Of a stretch of 64,000 nt of DNA, positions 39,020 through 49,446 are shown one piece after another (the stretch's first letter is position 1; each line of letters opens with the position of its first letter). The stretch is from Escherichia phage FL23. The stretch lies in sequence record PP400787, one strand, 5' to 3'. A program made the position numbers and the translations under genes. The notes under the pieces are model-generated. The model searched no databases. It had not been told where the DNA came from and saw only the letters and a list, made by a program, of their open reading frames with translations.

Positions 39020-40048
39020 ATGTCATCAATACCTTGGATTGATAATGAGTTTGCGTATCGTGCATTAGCTCATTTACCTAAATTCACACAAGTAAATAAT
39101 AGTTCAACTTTTAAATTACGGTTTAGATGCCCTGTTTGTGGAGATTCAAAAACCGACCAGAATAAAGCTCGTGGATGGTATTATGGTGATAATAATGAAG
39201 GAAATATTCATTGTTATAACTGTAACTATCATGCACCAATCGGAATATATTTAAAGGAGTTTGAACCCGATTTATATCGTGAGTATATCTTTGAAATAAG
39301 AAAAGAAAAAGGTAAAAGTCGTCCAGTAGAAAAACCTAAAGAACTTCCTAAACAACCTGAGAAGAAAATAATTAAATCTCTTCCGTCATGCGTTAGATTA
39401 GATAAACTGGCGGAAGACCATCCAATTATAAAATATGTAAAAGCTCGCTGTATTCCAAAGGATAAATGGAAATATCTTTGGTTTACAACCGAATGGCCTA
39501 AATTAGTTAATAGCATAGCACCGGGAACATATAAAAAGGAAATACCTGAGCCTCGTCTTGTTATTCCAATTTATAATGCTAATGGAAAAGCTGAGTCTTT
39601 TCAAGGACGTGCATTAAAGAAAGATGCTCCTCAAAAATATATCACCATCAAAGCTTATCCTGAGGCAACAAAAATTTATGGAGTTGAACGAGTCAAAGAT
39701 GGTGATGTATATGTTCTAGAAGGACCTATAGATTCACTTTTTATTGAAAATGGTATAGCTATTACGGGTGGTCAATTAGACCTAGAAGTTGTTCCATTTA
39801 AAGATAGGCGTGTGTGGGTTTTAGATAATGAACCTCGTCATCCTGACACTATTAAGCGAATGACTAAATTAGTTGATGCAGGAGAAAGGGTTATGTTTTG
39901 GGATAAATCTCCCTGGAAATCAAAAGATGTTAATGATATGATTAGAAAGGAAGGTGCAACCCCTGAACAAATTATGGAATATATGAAAAATAATATTGCC
40001 CAAGGGTTGATGGCTAAAATGCGGCTATCTAAATATGCTAAGATTTAA
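39020..40048 (+). CDS. 61: DNA primase gp61
   Basis: 342 aa; N-terminal zinc ribbon CPVCGDS ... CYNCNYH; Toprim region; T4 gp61. Confidence 0.9.
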   Translation: MSSIPWIDNEFAYRALAHLPKFTQVNNSSTFKLRFRCPVCGDSKTDQNKARGWYYGDNNEGNIHCYNCNYHAPIGIYLKEFEPDLYREYIFEIRKEKGKSRPVEKPKELPKQPEKKIIKSLPSCVRLDKLAEDHPIIKYVKARCIPKDKWKYLWFTTEWPKLVNSIAPGTYKKEIPEPRLVIPIYNANGKAESFQGRALKKDAPQKYITIKAYPEATKIYGVERVKDGDVYVLEGPIDSLFIENGIAITGGQLDLEVVPFKDRRVWVLDNEPRHPDTIKRMTKLVDAGERVMFWDKSPWKSKDVNDMIRKEGATPEQIMEYMKNNIAQGLMAKMRLSKYAKI

Positions 40049-40245
40049 ATTAACCCAACCAAAGCAAATGCTAAATCTACGAATGTATCAAGAGTAATTA
40101 CTGGAATATTAACACCATGAGCAATAGCAATTGGTGATAAAACAAAATTCCAGAGTAAAATTCCTACCATAGCAGAAATAGTAAAAGCTATACGTTTCTT
40201 ATTACCTTTTATGGCATTAACAAGTGCCATTAATTTTTGTACCAT
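40045..40245 (-). CDS. small membrane protein, antisense orientation (66 aa)
   Basis: Only minus-strand ORF lying in an intergenic gap; GGAGGA 4 nt before ATG on minus strand; two hydrophobic segments. Confidence 0.4.
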   Translation of the reverse strand: MVQKLMALVNAIKGNKKRIAFTISAMVGILLWNFVLSPIAIAHGVNIPVITLDTFVDLAFALVGLI

Positions 40246-40316
40246 ATGTCCTCCTTATTGCTTTATATATTTATTGTATAATTAATCTACTAACCCATGA
40301 ATTGAAAGGAAAAATA

Positions 40317-40832
40317 ATGGCTTACTTTAATGAATGTTCACAACTGATTGAAGGCGCTGATAAAGCTCAAAATGAATACTGGGATATTCTCGGTGATGAA
40401 AAAGACCCGCTGCAGGTTATGCTTGATATGCAGAAATCTTTACAGGTTCGTTTAGCAAATGACCGCGAATACTGTTATCATCCAGATAAATTAGAAACTG
40501 CCGGTGATGTTGTTTCTTGGATGCGTGAACAAAAAGACTGTATTGATGATGAATTCCGCGAACTTCTGACTTCTCTTGGTGAAATGTCACGTGGTGAAAA
40601 AGATGCATCGGCAGTTTGGAAAAAATGGAAAGCACGTTATATTGAAGCGCAAGAAAAACGCATTGATGAAATGTCCCCAGAAGATCAGCTCGAAATTAAA
40701 TTTGAGCTTGTGGATATATTTCATTTCGTATTAAATATGTTTGCTGGCCTTGGAATGAATGCGGAAGAAATCTTTAAACTTTATTATTTGAAAAATAAAC
40801 ATAATTTTGAACGTCAAGATAATGGGTATTAA
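40317..40832 (+). CDS. 56: dCTP pyrophosphatase gp56
   Basis: 171 aa from MAYFNECSQLIEGADKAQNEYWDILGDEKDPLQVMLD; matches recalled T4 gp56. Confidence 0.9.
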   Translation: MAYFNECSQLIEGADKAQNEYWDILGDEKDPLQVMLDMQKSLQVRLANDREYCYHPDKLETAGDVVSWMREQKDCIDDEFRELLTSLGEMSRGEKDASAVWKKWKARYIEAQEKRIDEMSPEDQLEIKFELVDIFHFVLNMFAGLGMNAEEIFKLYYLKNKHNFERQDNGY

Positions 40833-41496
40833 ACAAAAATTTTATAGAACATATATCGTAAAAGTTAGGACGCCGAAAGGCGTCTTTTGGTACGCTGGGA
40901 AACATGAATCATTTATTGTAAATCCATATGATGATAAATATCCGGGGTCAGGCAAAATACTATGGAACATATATCGTAAGTATGGTTTTAATTATAAAAT
41001 ACGTTGGTCAAAATGCCATGGTTCTAGAGAAAAATCATATGAAGTTGAACGCGAGCTAATATCTGCATTAAAACGTAAACACCCAGATACTTGCATTAAT
41101 ATTTCTCCTGGTGGTCAGGGTGGAGAAGGAAGAAAATGGACTGAGCAACAACGATTAGAACATAAACTTAGATTAAACAATCCTGAAACAAAAACTCGGA
41201 TGAAGAATTCACAACGTATAGCCCAAAATAGAGCAGAACGAAAAGCTCGGCAATCTGAAGTAATGAAAAAGTTTTATTCGAATGGCGGAAATAAAAAGAT
41301 TTCAGAAGGAACTTCAAGGGCGCAAAGAAAAGCGCCGCATTGGAATGAACCGCTTAAAAGCGAAATACATGAGTTATGGGTTTCTTTAGGTAAACCAGCA
41401 ACAGGCCCGGTTGTAAAGGCGCTTAAAGGAAAATATGATGTAACAAGTTCAGCTCTTAAGAATTTAATTTACTTATTCAGAAAAGAAGATGTATAA
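40822..41496 (+). CDS. segF: GIY-YIG homing endonuclease, SegF-like
   Basis: 224 aa from internal ATG; YRTYIVKVRTPKGVFWYAGKH ... YPGSG; immediately downstream of gene 56 as T4 segF. Confidence 0.65.
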   Translation: MGIKQKFYRTYIVKVRTPKGVFWYAGKHESFIVNPYDDKYPGSGKILWNIYRKYGFNYKIRWSKCHGSREKSYEVERELISALKRKHPDTCINISPGGQGGEGRKWTEQQRLEHKLRLNNPETKTRMKNSQRIAQNRAERKARQSEVMKKFYSNGGNKKISEGTSRAQRKAPHWNEPLKSEIHELWVSLGKPATGPVVKALKGKYDVTSSALKNLIYLFRKEDV

Positions 41497-41529
41497 ATAA
41501 TCATGTAATTTAAATAAAAGGAGAATTAC

Positions 41530-41775
41530 ATGGCTAGTACTCGCGGTTATGTTAATATTAAAACATTTGAGCAGAAATTAGATGGAAATAAGAAAATTGA
41601 AGGAAAGGAAATTTCTGTAGCTTTCCCTCTTTATTCTGACGTTCACAAAATTTCTGGTGCTCATTACCAGACGTTCCCTTCAGAAAAAGCAGCATATACT
41701 ACTGTATATGAAGAAAATCAGCGTACTGAATGGATTGCTGCAAACGAAGATTTGTGGAAAGTAACTGGTGGTTAA
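41530..41775 (+). CDS. soc: small outer capsid protein Soc
   Basis: MASTRGYVNIKTFEQKLDGNKKIEGKEISVAFPLYSDVHK matches recalled T4 Soc. Confidence 0.9.
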   Translation: MASTRGYVNIKTFEQKLDGNKKIEGKEISVAFPLYSDVHKISGAHYQTFPSEKAAYTTVYEENQRTEWIAANEDLWKVTGG

Positions 41776-41780
41776 TAATT

Positions 41781-41808
41781 CAAGGACTCCTTCGGGAGTC
41801 CTTTTTTC
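41781..41808 (+). terminator. rho-independent terminator
   Basis: ggactccTTCGggagtcc followed by TTTTTT. Confidence 0.65.
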
Positions 41809-41873
41809 ATTTAAATGGTTTACTTTCCAAAATGAGTATGGTATAATAGAATTATCTTATAGAGGAGAGCACT

Positions 41874-42080
41874 ATGTTAAATCGTTGGATTAAACCGAAT
41901 GAAGATTTAGATATTATCATTTCACGGCATGTAATGAAGAAATATGAACTACAGCCATGGTCTACAGAAGTTGTTGTGCATTCATTTATGATGTACGCAG
42001 ATGGTTCTGTTGAATTTAATGCAGAGATTCGATACGATTATGGCGAGAAGCAAGTTGAATTCAAAAGAGGCTTTTTGTAA
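41874..42080 (+). CDS. hypothetical protein (68 aa)
   Basis: ORF track. Confidence 0.4.
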   Translation: MLNRWIKPNEDLDIIISRHVMKKYELQPWSTEVVVHSFMMYADGSVEFNAEIRYDYGEKQVEFKRGFL

Positions 42081-42421
42081 TGTTTATCTTTAATTGGTTT
42101 AAAAGTTTCTTTACGGATTTTTTCTCTACAACTCCCGGAGAAGGTGTAGTTCCTATTTCAAATGATTACCTTCCTTTAACTGTAGTTGAATATGTTTATA
42201 TGGGAGATGGAACAGTAGAAGCAGTTACTATGACTTATGAAGAAGCCCAAGAATATTATAAAAATCCTTGGCGCTGGTCAACACCTACTACATCATCTAA
42301 TACGCAGAATACACAGTCTAGTTCTGATTCATATGACACTAATGTTCCTGTTCATGTATGGACGGGCGATTCATGTGGAAGTTCTTGCGATTCTAGTTGT
42401 TCATCTACATCTTGTGATTGA
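42080..42421 (+). CDS. hypothetical protein with Ser/Thr-rich linker and Cys/Ser/Asp-rich C-terminal tail
   Basis: C-terminus [18 protein letters not shown]. Confidence 0.4.
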   Translation: MFIFNWFKSFFTDFFSTTPGEGVVPISNDYLPLTVVEYVYMGDGTVEAVTMTYEEAQEYYKNPWRWSTPTTSSNTQNTQSSSDSYDTNVPVHVWTGDSCGSSCDSSCSSTSCD

Positions 42422-42915
42422 GGAAAATTATGGAAGCGATTTTGTTTGAAATGTCTATCAATAGTATTAGTATGGCGTTTGTCAAGGATGTTCCAATTAC
42501 CGTAGCAGTAATGATTGATAAAAGATATGACAATAACATGTATCTAGTAGAAGATTTTATTTCAATGCCAATTCCAGAAGATGTTGAAATAAAACTTAAA
42601 AAGATCGGAATTATTGAAACTGTACAAAATTCTCCATTTATGGCAATTCAAGCATTTACTAAATCTAACTATATTGATGTTAGTGAAGCATATTATAATA
42701 ATAAACCATTGTCCTTCTATTCATATGATTCAATATATGACTGGAAAATAGATAAGGGAAATAAATTTATAATTACGGAAGAAAATGCGCTATCATATTT
42801 TATTACCTCTTTATGGAATAATTTAAATCCAAATTTACTCAAAATTCATAAATTTGACGATGCTCCTACTATTGTTTTAGGTAAAATAAATGAAAGCTCT
42901 CAAGAAGATTCTTGA
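42418..42915 (+). CDS. hypothetical protein (165 aa)
   Basis: ORF track; ATGA overlap. Confidence 0.45.
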   Translation: MRKIMEAILFEMSINSISMAFVKDVPITVAVMIDKRYDNNMYLVEDFISMPIPEDVEIKLKKIGIIETVQNSPFMAIQAFTKSNYIDVSEAYYNNKPLSFYSYDSIYDWKIDKGNKFIITEENALSYFITSLWNNLNPNLLKIHKFDDAPTIVLGKINESSQEDS

Positions 42916-43093
42916 ATGGTTCAATAGACCAAACTCAATGTACATTGACGATGGTTGGGTTGAACAAGCAAATAAAGAAATGCAAAACGAATCAGAAGAA
43001 TGGATGAAATCAATGATTAGTGCTGAGAAAGAAAAGAAATTAGAACGCTCAGCGCTTAAATTGATGAGAGACATCTATGGGGATAAATCATGA
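42890..43093 (+). CDS. hypothetical protein (67 aa)
   Basis: ORF track. Confidence 0.35.
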   Translation: MKALKKILEWFNRPNSMYIDDGWVEQANKEMQNESEEWMKSMISAEKEKKLERSALKLMRDIYGDKS

Positions 43094-43246
43094 ACAGAGA
43101 TATGACGCTAGAAGAGGCCAAGGCTAAAGCAAATGAAGCATTGGATTTGCTTCTTAAAATTGGCAGTAAAATGATGGAAGAAAATGAGAAATATATCCAG
43201 GAAAACAAAATTCCTGACGGCCCATTAGTAGGCAAGAGGAAATCAC

Positions 43247-43717
43247 ATGATTGAAGTAGCAAAACATTATTCAATAGAATTTATGTCTAAAGAAGGTAAA
43301 TCGGTAAATACACTTGATAAAAAGTGCTCATTAATTATTCCTTTAGCAGAAAATCCGGATATTTTAATTAAAGATATAAAAGAAAGAAAATATCCAGAAA
43401 ATGTTATTCTAATTATAAAGCATACTGAAGATATTTTGCAGAACACTGATTCACCATTTTCTTCTTCTGAAGCTTTAACTATTAAAGGCTATAAAAGAGC
43501 TCATGAATATGGTCTTTTTGACCTGTTTGAAGACGATAAAGTTAAATTAGTTAGTCAACCTTCTAAAAGTAAAACATTCATTATTGAAGATATTAAAGAT
43601 ATAAATGCATTTGTTAAGATGGTCTGGGCTCATTTTGATGTTGGACTACGCTGGAGAATGTCCGAAGAAGAAAGAAAGATTATTGAAACTAATCGTTATT
43701 TTGGTTTTTATCGCTAG
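43247..43717 (+). CDS. hypothetical protein (156 aa)
   Basis: ORF track. Confidence 0.45.
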   Translation: MIEVAKHYSIEFMSKEGKSVNTLDKKCSLIIPLAENPDILIKDIKERKYPENVILIIKHTEDILQNTDSPFSSSEALTIKGYKRAHEYGLFDLFEDDKVKLVSQPSKSKTFIIEDIKDINAFVKMVWAHFDVGLRWRMSEEERKIIETNRYFGFYR

Positions 43718-43725
43718 GAATTAAT

Positions 43726-43908
43726 ATGGATTTATTTGAGATGTTAGAAGATAATCATTCTACGAATATCCAGAATGATTCTAGTGATTATAAGAAAGAG
43801 TACCGTATAGTATTACAGAATTATGGAATTGAAGCCCCAGATGCTCTTTTAGAAGAACTAGCTTCATACCATCTTGACCCTCCGCCCTGGGCTCCCTGGG
43901 CAAAATAA
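43726..43908 (+). CDS. hypothetical protein (60 aa)
   Basis: ORF track. Confidence 0.35.
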   Translation: MDLFEMLEDNHSTNIQNDSSDYKKEYRIVLQNYGIEAPDALLEELASYHLDPPPWAPWAK

Positions 43909-43975
43909 TTCAAAAAGTTGTTTACTTTCCTTCCTAACAATGATATGATAGCTTCTGAAGTATATGGAGGCTATC

Positions 43976-44599
43976 ATGATTATTAATCTTGCAGATGTTG
44001 AACAGTTATCTATAAAAGCTGAAAGTGTCGATTTTCAATATGATATGTATAAAAAGGTCTGTGAAAAATTTACTGACTTTGAACAGTCAGTTCTTTGGCA
44101 ATGTATGGAAGCCAAAAAGAATGAAGCTCTTCATCGGCAGTTGAATAAAATCATTAAAAAGCATTTAACTGAATCACCTTATCAGTTATATCGTGGTATA
44201 TCAAAATCGACAAAAGAACTTATTAAAGATTTACAAGTTGGAGAAGTGTTTTCAACGAACAGAGTAGATTCATTTACTACTAGTTTGCATACAGCGTGTT
44301 CTTTTTCTTATGCTGAATATTTCACTGAAATAGTACTTCGCTTAAAAACTGATAAAGCTTTTAATTACTCTGACCATATCAGCGATATTATACTTTCTTC
44401 TCCTAATACTGAGTTTAAGTACACGTATGAAGATACTGATGGATTAGATTCAGAGCGTACTGATAACTTAATGATGATTGTGCATGAACAAGAATGGATG
44501 ATTCCAATTGGAAAGTATAAAATAACTTCTATTTCAAAAGAAAAATTACACAATTCATTTGGAACATTTAAAGTTTATGATATTGAGGTAGTTGAATGA
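43976..44599 (+). CDS. modB: ADP-ribosyltransferase ModB
   Basis: 207 aa from ATG with GGAGG SD; R-S-E ART motifs (YRGI, STxxS, EQEWMIP); T4 modB position. Confidence 0.7.
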   Translation: MIINLADVEQLSIKAESVDFQYDMYKKVCEKFTDFEQSVLWQCMEAKKNEALHRQLNKIIKKHLTESPYQLYRGISKSTKELIKDLQVGEVFSTNRVDSFTTSLHTACSFSYAEYFTEIVLRLKTDKAFNYSDHISDIILSSPNTEFKYTYEDTDGLDSERTDNLMMIVHEQEWMIPIGKYKITSISKEKLHNSFGTFKVYDIEVVE

Positions 44600-45198
44600 A
44601 ATACTCAGTAATGCAACTAAAAGATTTTAAAATAAAATCAATGGATGCATCGGTGCGTGCTTCTATTCGTGAAGAATTACTTTCTGAAGGGTTTAATTTA
44701 TCTGAAATTGAACTTTTAATTCATTGTATTACCAACAAACCAGATGACCATACTTGGTTAAATGAAATAATCAAATCTCGTTTGGAACCAAACGATAAAC
44801 CTCTTTGGAGAGGTGTTCCAGCTGAGACTAAACAAGTATTAAATCAAGGAATTGATATTATTAAATTTGATAAAGTAGTATCAGCTTCATATGATAAAAA
44901 TATAGCTCTACATTTTGCTTCCGGTTTAGAGTATAACACACAAGTTATTTTTGAATTCAAAGCTCCTATGGTATTCAATTTCCAGGAGTATGCTATAAAA
45001 GCTCTACGCTGTAAAGAATACAATCCAAACTTTAAGTTTCCGGATAGTCATCGTTATCGTAATATGGAATTAGTTTCAGATGAACAAGAAGTAATGATAC
45101 CAGCTGGAAGTGTATTTAGAATTGCAGATAGATATGAGTACAAAAAGTATTCAACATACACTATCTATACTCTTGAATTTGAAGGATTTAATCTATAA
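44596..45198 (+). CDS. modA: ADP-ribosyltransferase ModA
   Basis: 200 aa; paralog of ModB with WRGV ... SASY ... EQEVMIP motifs. Confidence 0.7.
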   Translation: MKYSVMQLKDFKIKSMDASVRASIREELLSEGFNLSEIELLIHCITNKPDDHTWLNEIIKSRLEPNDKPLWRGVPAETKQVLNQGIDIIKFDKVVSASYDKNIALHFASGLEYNTQVIFEFKAPMVFNFQEYAIKALRCKEYNPNFKFPDSHRYRNMELVSDEQEVMIPAGSVFRIADRYEYKKYSTYTIYTLEFEGFNL

Positions 45199-45321
45199 TG
45201 GAAGGACTTAGATTCATTATACCATGAAAGTTTTAAAGCATTTTTACATAAAGTTGTTTACAAGTTAAGGTAAAAATGTTATAGTATAAGTAGTTAACCG
45301 TCCGTAAGATGTGAGAAAAAT

Positions 45322-46068
45322 ATGAAGCTGTCTAATAATCAAATTCGTAAAATTAAACGTCGTCTAGAGCATACTCAGGCATCTGCAAAAAGACGTTCTA
45401 AAGATTTTAACTTAGACTTCAATTACATTAAGAACATTTTAGATCAGAAAGTTTGTGCTTACTCGGGAGAACCTTTTGATAATCGTATTGAAGGAGAGAA
45501 ATTATCATTAGAACGTTTTGATAATAACGTTGGATACATTAAAGGGAATGTTATTGCAGTAAAGAAAAAGTATAATACATTTCGTTCTGATTATACTTTA
45601 GAAGAGTTGATTGAAAAGCGTGATTTATTTGCTTTGCGAATTGGTCGTTCATCTGCGAAAAAAGTTCATAAACTAAATTTAGATGAAAAGAAATGGGCTA
45701 AAATCAAAAAGACTTATAATCAAATTAAAGCTATACAGAAAAAACGTGAAAACCGAATTGAACACATTTCTCAGCTTTCTAAATCAAAACAGACCTCTGA
45801 CATTAAGCTAAGGATTATAGCGCTTAAAGCTCGTATTGATGGTTCTCGCATAGCAGAAGGCGTTGAAGTTGTTAAATTGAACGTTCTTCTTAAAGGCTCG
45901 GATTGGAAAATTGTGAAAAAGTTGTCAGAAGCAGAAATGCAATATGATATGTGTGATAAAATTATTCAAGGTGTAGAGCGGTATCAAAACTTGTCTTTTA
46001 TTGATAAACTTAAACTGAAAAGAGGATATCCGCTAAATTGTTCAATTTTTAAACTTATCCGAGGATAA
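45322..46068 (+). CDS. srd: Srd-like protein (by position between modA and dda.1)
   Basis: 248 aa; synteny with T4 srd; sequence identity not verified. Confidence 0.5.
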   Translation: MKLSNNQIRKIKRRLEHTQASAKRRSKDFNLDFNYIKNILDQKVCAYSGEPFDNRIEGEKLSLERFDNNVGYIKGNVIAVKKKYNTFRSDYTLEELIEKRDLFALRIGRSSAKKVHKLNLDEKKWAKIKKTYNQIKAIQKKRENRIEHISQLSKSKQTSDIKLRIIALKARIDGSRIAEGVEVVKLNVLLKGSDWKIVKKLSEAEMQYDMCDKIIQGVERYQNLSFIDKLKLKRGYPLNCSIFKLIRG

Positions 46069-46069
46069 T

Positions 46070-46381
46070 ATGGTTTATGTATATGCGATAGTTTACCGAG
46101 ACAAAGACGGATTTACGGCGCCAGTTCCGCTTGATGAACATCGTCCTGCTGTATTTTTTGAATGGAAGATTGCTGATAAAGTATTTACCACTCTTAAAGA
46201 GCAGTATCAACTAGCTTTAGGTAAGGGAATTCCAAGATTAGTTGAGACTCCACGTAAATTTTGGTTTAATAAAATAGAAGTTAAACATGTTAAGCCTGAC
46301 GTAGACACACAAAGATTATATCAGCGAATTTTAGATACTGGGCGTATTGTTAGTATACCAATTGCAGGGAATTTACGATGA
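46070..46381 (+). CDS. hypothetical protein (103 aa; dda.1 position)
   Basis: ORF track; overlaps dda start. Confidence 0.45.
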   Translation: MVYVYAIVYRDKDGFTAPVPLDEHRPAVFFEWKIADKVFTTLKEQYQLALGKGIPRLVETPRKFWFNKIEVKHVKPDVDTQRLYQRILDTGRIVSIPIAGNLR

Positions 46382-47697
46382 CATTTGATGATTTGACCGA
46401 AGGCCAGAAAAATGCCTTTAACATTGTTATGAAGGCTATTAAAGAAAAGAAACATCATGTAACTATTAATGGACCTGCTGGTACTGGTAAGACTACTCTT
46501 ACCAAGTTCATCATTGAAGCTTTAATATCTACGGGTGAAACTGGTATTATTTTAGCAGCTCCTACTCATGCAGCTAAAAAGATTCTTTCAAAACTATCAG
46601 GGAAAGAAGCAAGTACTATTCATAGTATTCTTAAAATTAACCCAGTAACATATGAAGAAAATGTTCTTTTTGAACAGAAGGAAGTACCAGATTTAGCTAA
46701 ATGCAGAGTATTAATCTGCGACGAAGTGTCAATGTATGATAGAAAGCTATTTAAAATTTTGCTTTCAACTATTCCACCATGGTGTACTATAATTGGAATA
46801 GGAGATAATAAGCAAATTAGACCTGTTGACCCAGGAGAAAACACTGCTTATATCAGTCCATTCTTTACACATAAAGATTTTTATCAGTGTGAACTCACTG
46901 AAGTTAAACGCAGTAATGCTCCTATTATTGATGTAGCTACTGATGTTCGCAACGGTAAGTGGATTTATGATAAAATTGTTGACGGGCATGGAGTACGTGG
47001 ATTTACTGGTGATACCGCTTTACGCGATTTTATGGTAAATTATTTTTCAATCGTAAAATCACTAGATGATTTGTTTGAAAATCGCGTAATGGCATTTACG
47101 AATAAATCTGTTGACAAGTTAAATAGCATTATTCGCAAAAAGATTTTTGAAACTGATAAAGATTTTATCGTTGGTGAAATTATTGTAATGCAGGAACCAT
47201 TAATTAAAACATATAAAATTGATGGAAAGCCTGTGTCAGAAATTATTTTTAATAACGGACAATTAGTTCGTATTATAGAAGCAGAGTATACATCAACGTT
47301 TGTTAAAGCTCGTGGTGTTTCTGGAGAATATCTAATTCGTCATTGGGATTTAACAGTAGAAACTTACGGCGATGATGAATATTATCGTGAAAAGATTAAA
47401 ATAATTTCATCTGATGAAGAGCTGTATAAGTTTAACTTATTTTTAGGTAAAACGGCAGAAACTTATAAAAATTGGAATAAAGGTGGAAAAGCTCCATGGA
47501 GTGATTTTTGGGATGCTAAATCGCAGTTTAGTAAAGTGAAAGCACTTCCTGCATCAACATTCCATAAAGCTCAGGGCATGTCTGTAGACCGTGCTTTTAT
47601 CTATACGCCTTGTATTCATTATGCAGATGCTGAACTAGCTCAGCAGCTTCTTTATGTTGGTGTAACACGTGGTCGTTATGATGTGTTTTACGTATGA
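46378..47697 (+). CDS. dda: SF1 DNA helicase Dda
   Basis: 439 aa; Walker A GPAGTGKT; T4 Dda length and position. Confidence 0.9.
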   Translation: MTFDDLTEGQKNAFNIVMKAIKEKKHHVTINGPAGTGKTTLTKFIIEALISTGETGIILAAPTHAAKKILSKLSGKEASTIHSILKINPVTYEENVLFEQKEVPDLAKCRVLICDEVSMYDRKLFKILLSTIPPWCTIIGIGDNKQIRPVDPGENTAYISPFFTHKDFYQCELTEVKRSNAPIIDVATDVRNGKWIYDKIVDGHGVRGFTGDTALRDFMVNYFSIVKSLDDLFENRVMAFTNKSVDKLNSIIRKKIFETDKDFIVGEIIVMQEPLIKTYKIDGKPVSEIIFNNGQLVRIIEAEYTSTFVKARGVSGEYLIRHWDLTVETYGDDEYYREKIKIISSDEELYKFNLFLGKTAETYKNWNKGGKAPWSDFWDAKSQFSKVKALPASTFHKAQGMSVDRAFIYTPCIHYADAELAQQLLYVGVTRGRYDVFYV

Positions 47698-47718
47698 TTA
47701 AATTCGAGGAAGCTATTC

Positions 47719-47964
47719 GTGGAAATAACTAAAGACCAGTTTTATCTGCTCCAAGATAAAGTAAGCGAAATTTATGAAATAGCTTATAGCAAAAATCGCA
47801 AAAATGTGAAAACTGAATCAGGCAAGTTAATGCTTCAATTGGAAGAAATCGAACGAGATTTGATTGCGTTAGAATTCTTTTGTGGTGAAGTAAAAACTGT
47901 TACAATCAGTGATTACATTTTAGGTGAAATTAGCCATCTTTATAAGGCGGTTATTAATGATTGA
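47719..47964 (+). CDS. hypothetical protein (81 aa), paralog of next ORF
   Basis: GTG start; LEEIERDL ... ISDYILGEISHLYKAV resembles next ORF. Confidence 0.4.
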   Translation: MEITKDQFYLLQDKVSEIYEIAYSKNRKNVKTESGKLMLQLEEIERDLIALEFFCGEVKTVTISDYILGEISHLYKAVIND

Positions 47965-48199
47965 ATTAAGTTGGTGTCAGTTTAAATCTCTTATGACAAA
48001 TGTTAAAGCTGTCATTGAGGAAAATCCAGGACCTGATAATGTTACTATTCGCGAAAAAGCTTCAAAGATAGTATACAGTCTTGAAGAGATACAAAAAGAT
48101 ATTGAATCTATGACAAAATTTATTGATGAGCCCATTAATAAAGTTTATATCCAAGATTATACTGTAGGTCAAATTCGCGATTTAGCAAGGAAAATTTAA
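47924..48199 (+). CDS. hypothetical protein (91 aa)
   Basis: LEEIQKDI ... IQDYTVGQIRDLARKI; paralog of previous. Confidence 0.4.
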   Translation: MKLAIFIRRLLMIELSWCQFKSLMTNVKAVIEENPGPDNVTIREKASKIVYSLEEIQKDIESMTKFIDEPINKVYIQDYTVGQIRDLARKI

Positions 48200-48882
48200 T
48201 GTTTGATTTTATTATAGATTTTGAAACAATGGGAAGTGGTGAAAAAGCAGCTGTTATTGATTTGGCTGTTATTGCCTTTGACCCTAATCCAGAAGTAGTT
48301 GAAACATTTGATGAATTAGTTTCACGTGGCATTAAAATCAAATTTGATTTAAAAAGCCAAAAAGGACATCGTCTTTTTACTAAAAGCACTATTGAATGGT
48401 GGAAAAATCAGTCTCCTGAAGCTCGAAAAAATATTGCGCCATCAGATGAAGATGTAAGCACCATCGATGGTATTGCAAAATTTAATGATTACATCAATGC
48501 GCATAACATCGATCCTTGGAAATCTCAAGGCTGGTGCCGTGGAATGTCATTTGATTTTCCAATTTTAGTCGATCTCATTCGCGATATTCAACGTCTTAAT
48601 GGCGTTTCTGAGAATGAACTTGACACATTTAAGTTAGAACCATGTAAATTCTGGAATCAGCGTGATATTCGTACCAGAATTGAAGCACTTCTTCTTGTTC
48701 GTGATATGACCACGTGTCCTCTTCCAAAGGGAACTTTAGATGGATTCGTTGCACATGATTCTATTCATGACTGTGCGAAAGACATCCTGATGATGAAGTA
48801 TGCTTTGCGATATGCTATGGGTCTTGAAGATGCTCCGTCAGAGGAAGAGTGCGATCCTCTGTCTCTTCCAACAAAACGATAA
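48199..48882 (+). CDS. dexA: exonuclease A
   Basis: 227 aa; DEDDh-type exonuclease residues; T4 DexA length and position. Confidence 0.8.
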   Translation: MFDFIIDFETMGSGEKAAVIDLAVIAFDPNPEVVETFDELVSRGIKIKFDLKSQKGHRLFTKSTIEWWKNQSPEARKNIAPSDEDVSTIDGIAKFNDYINAHNIDPWKSQGWCRGMSFDFPILVDLIRDIQRLNGVSENELDTFKLEPCKFWNQRDIRTRIEALLLVRDMTTCPLPKGTLDGFVAHDSIHDCAKDILMMKYALRYAMGLEDAPSEEECDPLSLPTKR

Positions 48883-48945
48883 AAAGTTGTTTACTTCCTC
48901 GGTTAGTTGTGGTATTATAACACCATAGCTACTGAGGATAATAAA

Positions 48946-49446
48946 ATGAAAATTTATCGTGTTGAATCATCTTTTAGTATTCTTAATTATGAAGATGCTA
49001 TAACAATACGTCGAAATCTTTGTGTTCAAATAACGCCGTACAGGAGTATAATAGATTCATGGAGCGAAGAGTGGTTATTACACGTAGGTTATGATAGACC
49101 TAATTTTATGCATCATAGCGATAATAATAAAAGAATTCCTTTACCACACGAAGATAAACTATTAGTTAAAAACGCTAATATAGTAATTAATACTAAGTTC
49201 AAGAAAGATTATGTTGGAGTAGAATATCATATTCCCGGATGGTTTATAGGTCTTTATCATTTTGCTTTCGCTAGTGAATATGATATGATGAGATGGTTCA
49301 CACGAGAAGAGCGTGAAGAATTAGCTTCTAAAGGATTTTATCTTGCTGTATACGAAGTTCCTGAAGATGAAGTTATCATTGGCGGGCACCAAGTAATGTT
49401 CCGCAAATCGCATGCTGAATTAAAAGGCTTTATTACCTTAGATTAA
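48946..49446 (+). CDS. hypothetical protein (166 aa; motB position)
   Basis: Internal ATG after early promoter at ~48888; synteny only. Confidence 0.4.
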   Translation: MKIYRVESSFSILNYEDAITIRRNLCVQITPYRSIIDSWSEEWLLHVGYDRPNFMHHSDNNKRIPLPHEDKLLVKNANIVINTKFKKDYVGVEYHIPGWFIGLYHFAFASEYDMMRWFTREEREELASKGFYLAVYEVPEDEVIIGGHQVMFRKSHAELKGFITLD

